Shown piece by piece: positions 27,460 to 41,713 of a DNA stretch of 64,000 bases; within the stretch, counting starts at the first letter, position 1; every line of letters starts with the position of its first letter. The notes below the pieces were generated by a model, which did not search any database, was not told the DNA's origin, and was given only the letters and a program-made list of their open reading frames with translations. Origin of the DNA: Ylistrum balloti (lineage: Eukaryota). The translations under genes and the position numbers were made by a program. The stretch lies in the NCBI RefSeq assembly GCF_031769215.1, contig NW_026781942.1, positions 3,410,001-3,474,000 on the forward strand. The letters run 5' to 3'.

Positions 27460-27979
27460 TCTCACGAAGGATTCACATATTTTGCTGAATACTTGCCACC
27501 TTCCCTATTTCTGAGGAAAACTGACAATTTTCCGCCTAAAGTTTTAGATTGTAATCACCACGGAATCTTTTAAATTGTTCATAATTTAAAAAAAACCCAA
27601 TTAGTTTCACAGAAGAAGCATCGTAAATTATCTCCATTTGTTTTTATGGCATTAACTGTTTCAAAAATGGAGTCTATAAATGCATGTTTTTCATTATACT
27701 GAAATTTCGAAAAGTGCACAATCTCTCATTTCGAAATTCCAAAAGTTCCAAAAGATTTTACCATTTGGTGTTATCATGGCTGAGTACTAATGCTACACAA
27801 GCTGTGAGAACATGTGGATGAGACCAAAGGTTAATGTTGAATTAGAATTTGTCCTAATGAAATTGAATTTGTCGTCATTGAGACATTAGTGACTGAAATA
27901 ACACTTAAAGACAACCATGTATATAATATTGTTCATTGATGATTTTTTCTTCTATCTTTGGATTTCTTACATTACCTGT

Positions 27980-28240
27980 TTGATTTTACCTTGTGACCTG
28001 TATGAATGACCTTATTGATTTTACCTTGTGACCTATATGAATGACCTTATTGATTTTACCTTGTGACCTATATGAATGACCTTATTGATTTTACCTTGTG
28101 ACCTATATGAATGACCTTATTGATTTTACCTTGTGACCTGTATGAATGACCTTATTGATTTTACCTTGTGACCTACATGAATGACCTTGATTTTATGTTG
28201 TGACCTGTATGAATGACCTTATTGATTTTACCTTGTGACC
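27980..28240. repeat. 35-bp minisatellite, about 7.5 copies
   Basis: Unit gaccttattgattttaccttgtgacctatatgaat. Confidence 0.95.
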
Positions 28241-29030
28241 GCTCCACTCAATTCACAAAACTTTCTTTATTTATTAGGATAGTGCCCAAGTTAAAACAGA
28301 TAACTGTCAATAGAAATTTCAGTTTTTCTTGACCGATGCTCTGAAACCATTCAATATGATTGGTCAAAACTTATTATATTTATTAAGCTAGTATTATCTT
28401 TTGCTATGGGGAAGTTCTCCATTAAGATACTTTTTCTGTTACCATGGAAACAGATAGGCCAAAGCACAAAGTTAAGTTTTTTCAACCAGTTTTCCTTAAA
28501 CCATTTAAAGTAATTACCTGGTACTCAAAACTTTGTACTTGCATCAATCTTGCTTTCTAGCAGAAGTTCTCCATTTCAATACTTTGCAAGGAACAATTAG
28601 AATTAACAAATAGAAATAAAACTTCCTGTTATATTAACTTATATATAACTGTGTCTTTCTTTTAAACAGTGGGGCGTGGGGGATAATGTCACACTTTGCA
28701 TTATCTTGTTGACCTTTCCTTTTGTGACCTTTGTGAATGGCCTTGTTGACCTCTTCATCTGTGACCAGTATGAACAACCTTATATTGACCTTTGAGAATG
28801 AACTTTTTAAATGATGTGTCTTTTCTCTGATGTTTTATGCTCTAGTCTATCAAGATATCAATTAGTCTTTGGTAATATATTGCTTGGTGCAGATTAATTT
28901 GTACTTAAAATGAAAATAAAGCTGAACTCTCACCAGGAAATTGATTTAGTATTGTGCCGTGAAGTGTAATTTGGAGTGCAATTCAAGCTACCATCTCTTT
29001 TTAAAGTTTCTACATGGGCCTCTTTATGAA

Positions 29031-29862
29031 TTTAACTTTGTCAAATATCTTTATTTACTTTTGTCAAATATCTTAATTTACTTTTGTCAAATATCTTAAT
29101 TTACTTTTGTCAAATATCTTAATTTACTTTTGTCAAATAATTTACTTTTGTCAAATATCTTAATTTACTTTTGTCTTTATTTACTTTTGATATCTTAATT
29201 TACTTTTGTTAGATATCTTTATTTACTTTTGTCAGATATCTTAATTTACTTTTGTCAGATATCTTAATTTACTTTTGTCAGTCAGATATCTTAATTTACT
29301 TTTGTCAAATATCTTAATTTACTTTTGTCAAATATCTTTATTTACTTTTGTCAGATATCTTAATTTACTTTTGTCAAATATCTTTATTTACTTTTGTCAA
29401 ATATCTTAATTTACTTTTGTCAGATATCTTAATTTACTTTTGTTAGATATCTTTATTTACTTTTGTCAGATATCTTAATTTACTTTTGTCAGATATCTTA
29501 ATTTACTTTTGTCAAATATCTTTATTTACTTTTGTCAGATATCTTTATTTACTTTTGTCAGATACTTTTTTTGTCAGATATCTTAATTTACTTTTGTCAG
29601 ATATCTTAATTTACTTTTGTCAGATATCTTAATTTACTTTTGATATCTTAATTTACTTTTGTCAAATATCTTAATTTACTTTTCAGATATCTTAATTTAC
29701 TTTTGTCAGATATCTTAATTTACTTTTGTCAAATATCTTAATTTACTTTTGTCAGATATTAATTTACTTTTGTCAGATATCTTAATTTACTTTTGTCAGA
29801 TATCTTATTTACTTTTTTACCTTTTGTCTTAATTTAAATATCTTAATTTACTTTTTTACTTT
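29031..29862. repeat. 23-bp AT-rich minisatellite, about 36 copies
   Basis: Unit atttacttttgtcagatatctta. Confidence 0.95.
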
Positions 29863-30749
29863 TATAAACTCTGAATTTGTACTGTTTCTAAAATTTGTTG
29901 GAACTTTTATTTCAGATTAATGTAAGGTGTTTTTGGTCTTTAATTTTGTAGAAATGCATTTTTACTACTTTCTGAAGTTAGTGTGAGAGTTCAATTTATT
30001 AGCGTGACTTAAAGAAATTATGGACAACAGACACAAAACAAAAAGATTCAGGGATTTCATAGGATGGAGAGGAGAATTAATGTTTCGGATACAATGGATA
30101 TTCATTTTGTTTTGATAAATAAAAAAAAAATAAAGAAAAAAACAAAACAAAACAAAAAACTGAATCAGGAAATATATGTAGAATGAAAAACACAAACAGT
30201 TTAAGGTCTTTTATTGTAAAATTTAGAATATGTTTATTGATGAAATTTCAACATTGACTGGAATGGCAGAAAAAAGTCTCAAGGGTCTTATAGTTATATA
30301 TACCAGGAGGGAATCAGTCTTTCTGTTTTTACCTATAGTAATGTCAATGGAAAAAGATAAGATTTGTGTTGATGCAATTTTGCTTTTTTCTGGGAAAGTT
30401 GGGGCATAAAAGTGTAGGATTCATGAAAAAATCAATACAGGAACGATATAACTAAATTGAATTATTGTCACACACAAACATGTGTGTCATGGAGAGTCAC
30501 AAAGATGTTTTAATAGAAAGGGATAGATAGCACTGACAAAAACTTTTTGTATTCTTTCTGATGCTTTCAATAAGGTGTTCTTTGTTAGGCCAACGTAGAG
30601 AATTTGTTTTCAAATTGCTACTTCTTTCTGCCACACTGGTTATTTGTTTGATGAAGGTGACTGTTTAGTCATGGAAATGTTAAAACGCTAATCTTCTTCT
30701 GGTTGTGTTATAGGAACTTCAACTTTAAACTTTTGTTTTGTCTTCTTAG

Positions 30750-31050
30750 TGCCAGAACAGAATACTTCAGTAAACAGACTTAATTGATAATAAATAAGGA
30801 TAACAATGGCTTTGGCCTTATAGTACCAAATACACTTTAGTAAAAAGAATTTACACTAGTGATGATAAACAGAGATATTCATTACCTGGGACTTAAAGTA
30901 CCAGACACACTTCAGTGAACAGACTTTATGCTGGTGATGATAAACAGAGATATGTATTACCTTGGCTTTACAGAAGCCAGCACTTCTGTTAACAGAACTT
31001 AATCTGGTGATGATAAACAAGGATATCTATTGCCTTGGCCTTATGGCAGT
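30750..31050. repeat. Old degenerate tandem repeat of about 74 bp, about 4 copies
   Basis: gtgatgataaaca recurs at 30859, 30934 and 31007, and cttcagtRaacagactt also recurs. Confidence 0.75.
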
Positions 31051-31812
31051 CTCTGCCTTGTGTGCCATGCAGTGGTAATGTACTAGATATACTATGTATA
31101 TGTTTCTTATCAGTTTGTGCCACAGAGAATACTTAACCATAGATAATTCAATAAATACAGACATCAATATATATATGTATGCATGAGCAGCCAGCTGTAA
31201 GTACAGGCAGACATGCAGAAATGGCAGAAATTGGTTGACCAAAGTGTGAATCCATCTTTATCTGTAACCATTGTAACAGTGCCATCTTTCTTTCATTGGA
31301 CATTTAAAAACATTTTTACTATGAAATAACAGGATGGTAAATCATTTACTGGGCTTTTTTGGCAGTAAGATATAATCTTGTCTGTTACTCATGAAATAAA
31401 TTCTGTTATGAATGACATTCATAGTGACTACTTACACTGATTAGCTGTCTATTCAACAGATATTCATGGTTTTTGGAGGGTTAATCACTTGGTTTTGGGT
31501 CGATTAAATAGACAATGCTGCTGTCAGAATTTTACTTTCTATATTTATCATTTTCTTTTTTATCCATTGTTTTCATTTCATTCCCCTCCCTTGTACATTG
31601 TTGTGAATCTTTGTCTGATGATGGTCAGTAAAGCATTTGAAAATTTGAAGCAACAGAAATAGGTAAGTCTAAAAGTTTTAAGTGATTTATTTTTCATTTT
31701 ACAAACAGTTAATAGTGGTTTGGACGCCTTGCTAGATGGAGAGTGCTAAGGGTGAAATTAAGTATTTCCTACTGATATCAACAAAAAATCAGATCTGGTT
31801 TCAAAAATATCT

Positions 31813-32755
31813 GGTATACAGAATTATTTAGAGACCACGGTATACAGAATTATTTAGAGACCACGGTATACAGAATTATTTAGAGACCACGGTATACAGA
31901 ATTATTTAGAGACCACGGTATACAGAATTATTTAGAGACCACGGTATACAGAATTATTTAGAGACCACGGTATACAGAATTATTTAGAGACCAGAATTAT
32001 TTAGAGACCACGGTATACAGAATTATTTAGAGACCACGGTATACAGAATTATTTAGAGACCACGGTATACAGAATTATTTAGAGACCAGAATTATTTAGA
32101 GACCACGGTATACAGAATTATTTAGAGACCACGGTATACAGAATTATTTAGAGACCACGGTATACAGAATTATTTAGAGACCAGAATTATTTAGAGACCA
32201 CGGTATACAGAATTATTTAGAGACCACGGTATACAGAATTATTTAGAGACCACGGTATACAGAATTATTTAGAGACCACGGTATACAGAATTATTTAGAG
32301 ACCAGAATTATTTAGAGACCAGGGTATACAGAATTATTTAGAGACCACGGTATACAGAATTATTTAGAGACCACGGTATACAGAATTATTTAGAGACCAC
32401 GGTATACAGAATTATTTAGAGACCACGGTATACAGAATTATTTAGAGACCACGGTATACAGAATTATTTAGAGACCAGAATTATTTAGAGACCACGGTAT
32501 ACAGAATTATTTAGAGACCACGGTATACAGAATTATTTAGAGACCACGGTATACAGAATTATTTAGAGACCACGGTATACAGAATTATTTAGAGACCACG
32601 GTATACAGAATTATTTAGAGACCACGGTATACAGAATTATTTAGAGACCACGGTATACAGAATTATTTAGAGACCACGGTATACAGAATTATTTAGAGAC
32701 CACGGTATACAGAATTATTTAGAGACCACGGTATACAGAATTATTTAGAGACCAC
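31813..32755. repeat. 26-bp minisatellite with interspersed 17-bp deletion units
   Basis: Unit ggtatacagaattatttagagaccac; short unit agaattatttagagacc. Confidence 0.97.
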
Positions 32756-33789
32756 TTCAATGTTGTACATTTATTAGGTAAGAGTAAAACAGTGTCAGAA
32801 GATGTTGAACATCAAATATTTATCGAGTTTCTTATTGGTTTAAGCAAATAACACTATTGACAGATCAAATGGCCAACGAACTGGATATCTTCATTAGTCT
32901 GCAATAGTCTTGATTTTTGTTTTTCACTGGTGAAAGAAATTAAAAATCATTCAGGATAGTCATATATCTGAATCCACTACAAAATTAACAGGAGGTGAAT
33001 TTACAGGACACATACATCTTTTGTTAAGATATACCATGTTTATCCTGCAGTAACTTGCGGGAACATAATCTCCGACTAATTGGTACATGAAGAGGGTAAT
33101 GAAACAGGCTTGTTTTGTATCTGCATAAATATATTACAAGTTAGCCTATTATTACCAGATGTGGGCCTATTAAAGAATATTGTAAATCATTATCAAGAAT
33201 ATGTGGGTGAGTGAAGATTGGTAAATATTGCCTTGACCAGTGTGATACAGGTCACATAGGCCTTTTTGTCTAAAGCGCAGCCTGGATTACACACTGACCG
33301 TTCACTGACACCAATGTTACACTGACCACAGACATTGATGCTGTTGGATTGACCAATAGACTGACCTTCTACTGATTGGTACAGATATTTTCAGGCATTA
33401 GTGTGAACATCTTGAATCAATAAGTCTCATCCAATCGATTTCAACTGGTCAAGCAGTGGTCAGTTCTCCCACCCCATATACAGGAACAGAAGGTTTGGTC
33501 AGTCCTGGATCAGGGCTTTGGTCCGCTGGGACATATTAGTTCAAATTAATGATGTTGGATATTATTAAGTAGTTCAAAGTTTATTGTGTCATTGATTTGA
33601 TCATCATTCAAAATTAATTTGAAATGTGATCATTTTGATAAATGAATTCAGAAAGTTTCCTTCACATAGATATTCCTGAGAGGAAGGCACATGCTTTTAT
33701 CATACACTTCCTTTTCAGGAAATTTTCTACACTAAATCAAAAAGCCCTTGTCCATGTCATAGACCAGATAGGCAGTCATGCTACTGGGC

Positions 33790-33971
33790 AACTATCAAAT
33801 CATACATTTTTTAGGTGATTTATTTTTGTCAATTTCATGGGCAAAATAAATTCACAAATTCCTATGTCTATGAATCGGTCTACTTTTAAAATCAGTACAA
33901 GTAGACTTTTTGAGTACTTTTCTGAAAAACCACAAAATTTTAACTCACCAAAATATATGATTTTACAGTAT
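33790..33971. mobile_element. About 180-bp MITE with degenerate TACTGTA-type TIRs
   Basis: Left aaatcatacattttttaggtgatttatttttgt is the approximate reverse complement of right acaaaattttaactcaccaaaatatatgatttttacagta. Confidence 0.5.
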
Positions 33972-35506
33972 CGCTATTTAAGTGTGATGGCACTATAAAA
34001 GTCCAGTTAGTGGCTCTGCCTTCTATGGAAATCACCTTCATTTAATCTTGTTGTTGGATGTAAAGCAATAAATTAAGCAATCAAAACATCAGGTAGAATG
34101 TTATTTAATAAGATGCTTAAATAATATATTAATTCATTTTATAAGTTTGTTGATAGTGTTTATCACCATGTTAACTACAAGGGTCATTTTGAGGTAGGGG
34201 ATTCCTTGTGGTAGCTGGTAGGTGACTGACTGAACAAAAAAAGCCCATGATATGCAATCCAATACAATTTGGGTACAGATTCCGACTTGTCCAAGGACAC
34301 CAGACAGCCCAGACAGATTTTTCTCTGTTTCCTGAGAAACATGAATTGATAGATAGGGAGTGTCATTAATCTAGGAGACACTTTTGATAAGATATAAGGG
34401 AGACAACTCTGCTAAAATTTATATTTCACTGTAGCATGCAAATTAAGTAATGACACAATATTAATAACCATTGAGTGATTGTTGTGTAAACTTTACACTG
34501 ACCATGTGTGCTAACACCGTAAATAAGAAACAGATTTGTGAATGTGTTTGTGCGGGCTGTATCAACATCACTAATGAGTCACAACACACATCATCAGAGA
34601 TATGAATGTACAAATATACTCCACACTTTCCCTGGCTATCAGTTCTACTTCTGTGGAGGAACAGCTCATTTCATCACTTGTTTCTAACATCAAACAGAAA
34701 AAGTCACATGACCTTGCATCAAATAAAAAAAAACATGACAAATAACCATCAAAGAAATATCAAATGACACACTTCCCACAAGTTTAGGGTAGATGTACAG
34801 ATGCTGTTGACAAAGATGTGGTTTTTTATACAAACTTGAATATTGATTATAAATCAGCATGATGTTCTTTATGTTTATTTATAAACAAATGTGATGCACT
34901 AGTTGAATATTGCCAGAAAGTATGAGGCTTTGATACGATATTTCATTGGTGTTTTTTATGGAACAAAACATTTCTTTCCCCAAGGGCAGACAATACACTT
35001 TGAGGCTTCTTGTGATATGGGTAATCATATTGTATCACGCAACTCTGGCTTTGCATAAACACAATTATACAAGTTTACTGTGTCAGGCAAGTTGTAATAG
35101 GGCAGTGAGTGGGATCAGTATGCCAGTGTAATGGAGAGCGGTGACGTGAGGTTAGGAAATAGTGATGAAAATCACTTTTAGAGAATTGATTCTACTGTGT
35201 TCAAGATGAGATAGAAAGACCAAGACCTGATGATGATTGTGGAAGATTTTTTTAAATTTTTAAGATGAAAGTTATCTGTATGATAGAAAAAAATTGTAAA
35301 TAAGAAAAACAAAGTTTTAGAGAAAGATTTAAAAAAAAAATTCTTATTTCTGACAGATAGTGAAAAAAAAGGTAAAAAAAATCTTTGGCTATACAAAATA
35401 CAATCTTAACTGTAGAACCATAAAAGTTGCATTCAGTTTTGAAGAAAATATTCAGAATACAATCTTGGAAAAGAGTTTGGCAATGAGATTTTGACCCTTG
35501 ATTTAG

Positions 35507-36293
35507 TTTTTTTAGCTCACCTTAACCAAAGGGCCATGTGAGCTATTGGCATACCGTAGCATCCAGCGTCTGTCGTCATCTGTCAACTTTTTCTACAAAT
35601 CACTACTAGTCATGAACAACTAAGAAGATTTTGTCAGAAGCATTCTTGGAGGAAGAGGGGAACAATTTTTTGTAAATGATGAGTCTCAGCCCTAAGGGAA
35701 GGGAGGGGTGAGGCTCAAAAGGGGAAATAGAACAAATTCTTTAAAATCCTAATCCTCCTGCAGAACTGATTGGATTTTAGCTAAATTTGTGTTGAAGCAT
35801 TGTTTGGTAAAGTGGAATCAATTATGTATAAATGGTTGATATAAACAGAAGGTCTCTGCACGCTGGAGAAGAAAGGGCAGAGCCCATAGAGGTTATAGAA
35901 CAAATTCTCTAAAATCCTACTCCTCCTGCAGAACTGATTGGATTTTAGCTAAATTTGTGTTGAAGCATTGTTTGGGGAATCAATTATGTATAAATGGTTG
36001 ATATAAACAGAACAAATTCTTCAAAATCCTACTTCTCTGGTATGAATGCTTGTATTTTGCCTCAATTTTGCCTGAAGCATTGTTGGATGAAGGAGAATAT
36101 TTTGTATAAATGGTGGATCTCAGCCCTCTGGGAGTGGGGACCAGGAGGGAAAATAGCAAACAGCTAATTCTTTAAAATCCTATACCTTCTGTAGGAATGA
36201 TTTGATTATGACCAAATTTAGTCTGATTCATTCTTTGGTATAGAGGAATCCATTTTGCAAGGTGAGTCATACCAGCTTCATGGGCCTCTTGTT
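35507..36293 (+). mobile_element. Non-autonomous Helentron (HINE/DINE-1-like) element with internal satellite-like subunits of about 150-170 bp
   Basis: 5' T-run plus tagctcacctt, with subterminal IR aaggtgagtca at 36259. There is a 5' stem AGCTCAC...GTGAGCT and a degenerate GTCY microsatellite (cagcgtctgtcgtcatctgtc). Internal aaatttgtgttgaagcattg units recur, and the 3' end is gggcctcttgtt. Confidence 0.7.
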
Positions 36294-38260
36294 TCGATTC
36301 TGGGAGACAACCCTGCTACAAGGTGTATTTCTTGTTACAATTCATAGACCTGTGGACAATTCAATCAGAAATTTCATGTTTTGTCAAATACTTCCTCTTT
36401 GAAGAATTGCATGTGTTGGGGTCATTTATTAGAATAAACAGGGTAGTTTATAACAGATCTGATTTGATTCAAATGGATGAAGATAGAATTGACTGGATAA
36501 CAAAATGTAGAGGGGCCCTGACTACAGGCTTTAGAAATAAGATTCTTAAATACAAGCTTATTAAAAAGTTATTTGCGAAGCAGTTAAGATATAAACATTA
36601 ATTTTAGGAAATGTCTGTCATTGTTCATTGAAAAATGGATTAAAAACTTTCTTGGTTTGCAAGATGTCTGGGAAATTATTAAAATTAAGATTTCCTAAAG
36701 TCATTAATACACTACATGGTGAGATGATGGGTTTCTATATGTTAATTTAAAATGAATGATTGAATGATTTTCTTATGGAATGTCAGTTTTATTCCGGTAA
36801 AACTGAAATTTAACCTTTAACATTTTGAGCTGCTGGTTCCTATAACTTATGAATTACTTTAGACTGGATTGTTCAATCATCGGCCCATGGGTTAAAAAGT
36901 TCCTTAGTGAAACTCTTGCAGAATATTAAAGAGCATTTTTAAGACCTGTATGCATGCATGCAAAGTTTGCCATATCAGTTATCATGAATCTTAATTTTAC
37001 TCAAGCTCCGGAATTTCCTCCTCGGGGCATTAAAGTAGAACTGCTGAATGAAGACAGACAGATTGTTATGCAAAATTTACAATCGTGTGTTGGAGAAGGT
37101 TCTTGCTCTGTTCTGTAGTACACAAGTGTAGTCACAAAACATACCACTGATCAAGATGTTGTAAGCCTCTCTGCGATCGGCTGGTCATAGATTAATGGAA
37201 ATTGTTGGAATCTCATATTTCATAACCAATCTTGTAATTTGGAAACCATGAATTATTTAAGGTTAACAAAAAAACGTGTTTTAAATTTCAATTTTGGCTA
37301 ATTTTACTGAACTTTGACTAATAGACTTATTGATCAGTCAGGACCATTAAGCATGATATTTGGGCTAGGATCCAGAAATTTTTTTATACGATGGAGTAAA
37401 GTTTGATGTACAGACCTCAGACCTGAATTTTAATTTGACTCAACAAAGCTTTTGTAAGAGGTGAAGGTATTTCCTAAGGTCTCACAGACTTTTTGTCACA
37501 TAGAAGAAACTCATTTTAGTGTTGGTATATTCTTTTTTTGCAATTCTGTCCCCCACTTGATAGTTTCCAATATCATCCTTGATCTTGTTAATGTAATTCA
37601 ATGCAACAGAAGTAAGGACAAAATCCATCCTGTCATTTCATTCAGCTGTACGCAGGCGACAAAATTTGACACTCTCTTCCATTTTACAAATTGTCTCTCA
37701 TGAAGTGGTGCTATAATGCAATTTCCCTGTCACCGTGTTTTGAAAGCTTGATTTTGTGATATTCTTCCACATTAGAATTAGACGAAAAATATATAACAGA
37801 AAAAGAGTTTGATTGGACTAGATAGAATTTACTCTACTAAAAGCTGGTTGCTTATTAAGTGACATCACAGGAATTGTGCTCCTTACTGTACTTTGTTGAT
37901 TCAAATCATCGTTTCTCTTATATCAAATATGATTTCAGGATTCTTAAAATTTGTGGGAGACATTGCTTCTTAGAATTGAAATCTCGGTCTTCACCATTTT
38001 GTTGTCATTTTGGTGGCGTTGATGTTTTGTAGATCAAGTCATATTTAAGATTTAATCCTCCTTGTGTGTTTGCTGGGTTTATCTCCCCTTGGAAAGCAAT
38101 GGTAATATTTAAAGTGAGGTCTCCTTGTAGTAGCTAGTGGTGAACATGATACGAGAGGCCTGTCGCATCCCTAGAAACGAGGTGGCCATACTGGGACACA
38201 ATCACAATAGCACAGGACAGTCTGCAGTCTCTGTTTACAAAGCACCCAGAGCAGGGATTG

Positions 38261-38770
38261 AATCAAGTATTTTTCATGGATGGAAAAGCCTTCAGGCCTT
38301 CAGATGCTTTACCAATAATTGTAAATTTCATAACCCCAGGATTTCTCATTTTCCCCCTGAAGAGAGTGTAATGTAGTTCATGTAAGAAAATCACATTTTT
38401 GAGCATTTTATTTTCTATTGGAAATAGTTCAAACCTAGATAGAACTATTAGTTTAAGATGACAGTTTAATGAGATGCACATATTGACCTTGGCTGGCGCC
38501 CAGGGGCAGTTGGGCAGTATCAAAAATGGGTCAAATTGACTGAAATTTTCAAAAGCTTCTCAAATTCCAGGTATGGTAAAATCAAATATTCTTCATGGAT
38601 GGAAAGGCCTTCAGATGCTTTACCAAAATTGTAAACTTAATGAGTTCAGGGTCTCACATTTGCCCCAGGGAAGCGGTAACATTTGCTGTAATGTATATAA
38701 GAAAATTACATTTTTCAACATTATTTATTTTCTTTTGGAAATAGTTCAAACCTGGTTAGAATTATTGGTT
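38261..38770. repeat. Diverged direct duplication (about 190-bp blocks at 38261 and 38580, offset about 320 bp), probably internal to a non-autonomous element
   Basis: Shared aatcaaRtattYttcatggatggaaaRgccttcag, atgctttaccaa and ggaaatagttcaaacct. Confidence 0.75.
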
Positions 38771-39783
38771 CATGAATTTTTTTTAAGTGAATTGTAAATT
38801 CCTTCAGTTGAGTTTACAGAAAGTAAATGTGAAGGATAATACCATGTGTCTTCTCGGAGGTAGAATAAATAATATATGACCATAACTACCAGGTGCATGC
38901 TACTATCCAGTCTGTGTTTAGGGGTGAATAGATTTCCCCCCCAACAAAATTGCACCAGGAATCAGACTGCGTCATAATCCTGCCAATTTTTGTTGGAAAA
39001 TAAAATCTTGAACACTGTAATCAAATCCATGAAAGTTTTCCTTGGAGAAATAGTAGGTCAGAGAATTCTACCTCATTTTCTCTAGGAGGGTTTTCACTTG
39101 ATGAAATAAAGTCCGTTGGAAACATGAGAAATAGTTAGATGAGAAACACGAGGTGTTACTTCAATCCTGCATACCTTGTAAACAAAACCAGAGGATTTCA
39201 ATGACCAGATTGACTTGTCTATATGTAGTTTTTCAGAAAAGGGAGATCAGCTGTTTGAAGAATGCAAAAAGATGATAGTTTACTGAAGTCTTGGGATTGG
39301 TAGCCATTCTACTTGTGTCCATTCAATATTGAATCTCTGGACATGACTTAATTAGTCCCTGACAGAACGGTTGTGATGTATATTAGAACACTAATGTACA
39401 CAAAGGTACAATAAGGAGGATCGGGAGAGCCTGAATGGGGTAATAATACTCCAGACATTTACTGAAATCAATAACACGATGCTTAGGCAAATAACTATTC
39501 CAAGGATATGTGATGGACAAAATTGATTGGGGACCAGAAAAGGCTCAGCTGTTTTACGCTTTCTTGACATTCTGAACACATTAATTACTTTAAAGTTGAA
39601 AAATTCTGTATGATGTCAAATTAAGATTTTCCAGAAAACAAGTTGGTTCTCAAAGTAAGTGAACAAGACATTATTTTATTATGCTAGTGTGTTGATATTC
39701 AGTGAATTTGCTCATGTAATGTCCTGACATTTACTTGTGGAATATCACATATTGTGACTTACTGTTTAGATAATGAAATGATG

Positions 39784-41196
39784 TCACACACACATTATTA
39801 TTGTGTTGTGAGGTAAGAACAGAGATCACACACATTATTATTGTGTTGTGAGGTAAGAACAGAGATCACACACACATTATTATTGTGTTGTGAAGTAAGA
39901 ACAGAGATCACACACACATTATTATTGTGTTGTGAGGTAAGAACAGAGATCACACACACATTATTATTGTGTTGTGAGGTAAGAACAGAGATCACACACA
40001 CATTATTATTGTGTTTTGAGGTAAGAACAGAGATCACACACATTATTATTGTGTTGTGAGGTAAGAACAGAGATCACACACATTATTATTGTGTTGTGAG
40101 GTAAGGACAGAGATCACACACACATTATTATTGTGTGGTGAGGTAAGAACAGAGATCACACACACATTATTATTGTGTTGTGAGGTAAGAACAGAGATCA
40201 CACACACATTATTATTGTGTTGTGAGGTAAGAACAGAGATCACACACATTATTATTGTGTTGTGAGGTAAGAACAGAGATCACACACACATTATTATTGT
40301 GTTGTGAGGTAAGAACAGAGATCACACACATTATTATTGTGTTGTGAGGTAAGGACAGAGATCACACACACATTATTATTGTGTTGTGAAGTAAGAACAG
40401 AGATCACACACACATTATTATTGTGTTGTGAGGTAAGAACAGAGATCACACACACATTATTATTGTGTTGTGAGGTAAGAACAGAGATCACACACACATT
40501 ATTATTGTGTTTTGAGGTAAGAACAGAGATCACACACATTATTATTGTGTTGTGAGGTAAGAACAGAGATCACACACATTATTATTGTGTTGTGAGGTAA
40601 GGACAGAGATCACACACACATTATTATTGTGTTGTGAGGTAAGAACAGAAATCACACACATTATTATTGTGTTGTGAGGTAAGGACAGAGATCACACACA
40701 CATTATTATTGTGTGGTGAGGTAAGAACAGAGATCACACACACATTATTATTGTGTGGTGAGGTAAGGACAGAGATCACACACACATTATTATTGTGTTG
40801 TGAGGTAAGGACAGAGATCACACACACATTATTATTGTGTTGTGAGGTAAGAACAGAGATCACACACACATTATTATTGTGTTGTGAGGTAAGGACAGAG
40901 ATCACACACACATTATTATTGTGTTGTGAGGTAAGAACAGAGATCACACACACATTATTATTGTGTTGTGAGGTAAGAACAGAGATCACACACACATTAT
41001 TATTGTGTTGTGAGGTAAGGACAGAGATCACACACACATTATTATTGTGTTGTGAGGTAAGAACAGAGATCACACACACATTATTATTGTGTTGTGAGGT
41101 AAGAACAGAGATCACACACACATTATTATTGTGTTGTGAGGTAAGAACAGAGATCACACACATTATTATTGTGTTGTGAGGTAAGAACAGAGATCA
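39784..41196. repeat. 42-bp minisatellite (40/44-bp variants via CA number), about 34 copies
   Basis: Unit acacacacattattattgtgttgtgaggtaagaacagagatc. Confidence 0.97.
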
Positions 41197-41677
41197 TACC
41201 TGTAGAGATAAAATAACTCAGTTTTATATGGAAATTTTCTGCAATATTGGCCTGAACCATCAATTTTGTAGTATCAAAATTAGTTCTCATTTGACATGTG
41301 ATTTTAAAAACTTATTACAGATGTTTCATTTTAGTAAATGTTAGCTAAAATTACAAGTTCAAAGATTTGTTTCATAAAGTATGTATGAAATTGACATTCC
41401 TGTAAGTGCTCTATATGTTTTACCTGGCATATGGTAGGTTATTTGGAAAGGTAAACCTGTACATAACTGATGAAATAACAAAAAAATAATTAAGCTTCTG
41501 GAACTAGGGATCTATTTTGAAATTTAGTTTTTAGCTTAGCATTCAGATTTCAATACAAATCATCCTTATTACATTACATCAAAAGATCTTATTTTGGCTG
41601 GTAAAGGGTCATATTAGGGTGACTACATGCTTACTGTAGAAGATTTTTTCAAATGATATTTGGCTGGTATATGTATA

Positions 41678-41713
41678 CCAGGTTAGTGCTACAGGCCCAT
41701 TGGGCCTCTTGTT
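41678..41713 (+). mobile_element. Orphan HINE-type 3' end (hairpin)
   Basis: ccaggttagtgctacaggcccattgggcctcttgtt contains an AGGCCC-ATT-GGGCCT hairpin and matches the ends of the full copies. Confidence 0.55.

Noticed and set aside
7610-29860. Scrambled patches inside arrays (7610-7900, 23820-24240, parts of 29140-29830) as meaningful structure
   Set aside because: They look like consensus or assembly errors or local decay and cannot be interpreted without raw reads.
31618-31668. Short ORF MMVSKAFENLKQQK-TAG ending exactly at a perfect |gtaagt donor
   Set aside because: All frames are closed and there is no clear acceptor. It may be a UTR exon with a uORF but is unsupported.
38137-38260. 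RIPRNEVAILGHNHNSTGQSAVSVY resembling tyrosine-recombinase box II
   Set aside because: The LGH-to-Tyr spacing is wrong, no upstream HxxR or box I was found, and the match is too short.
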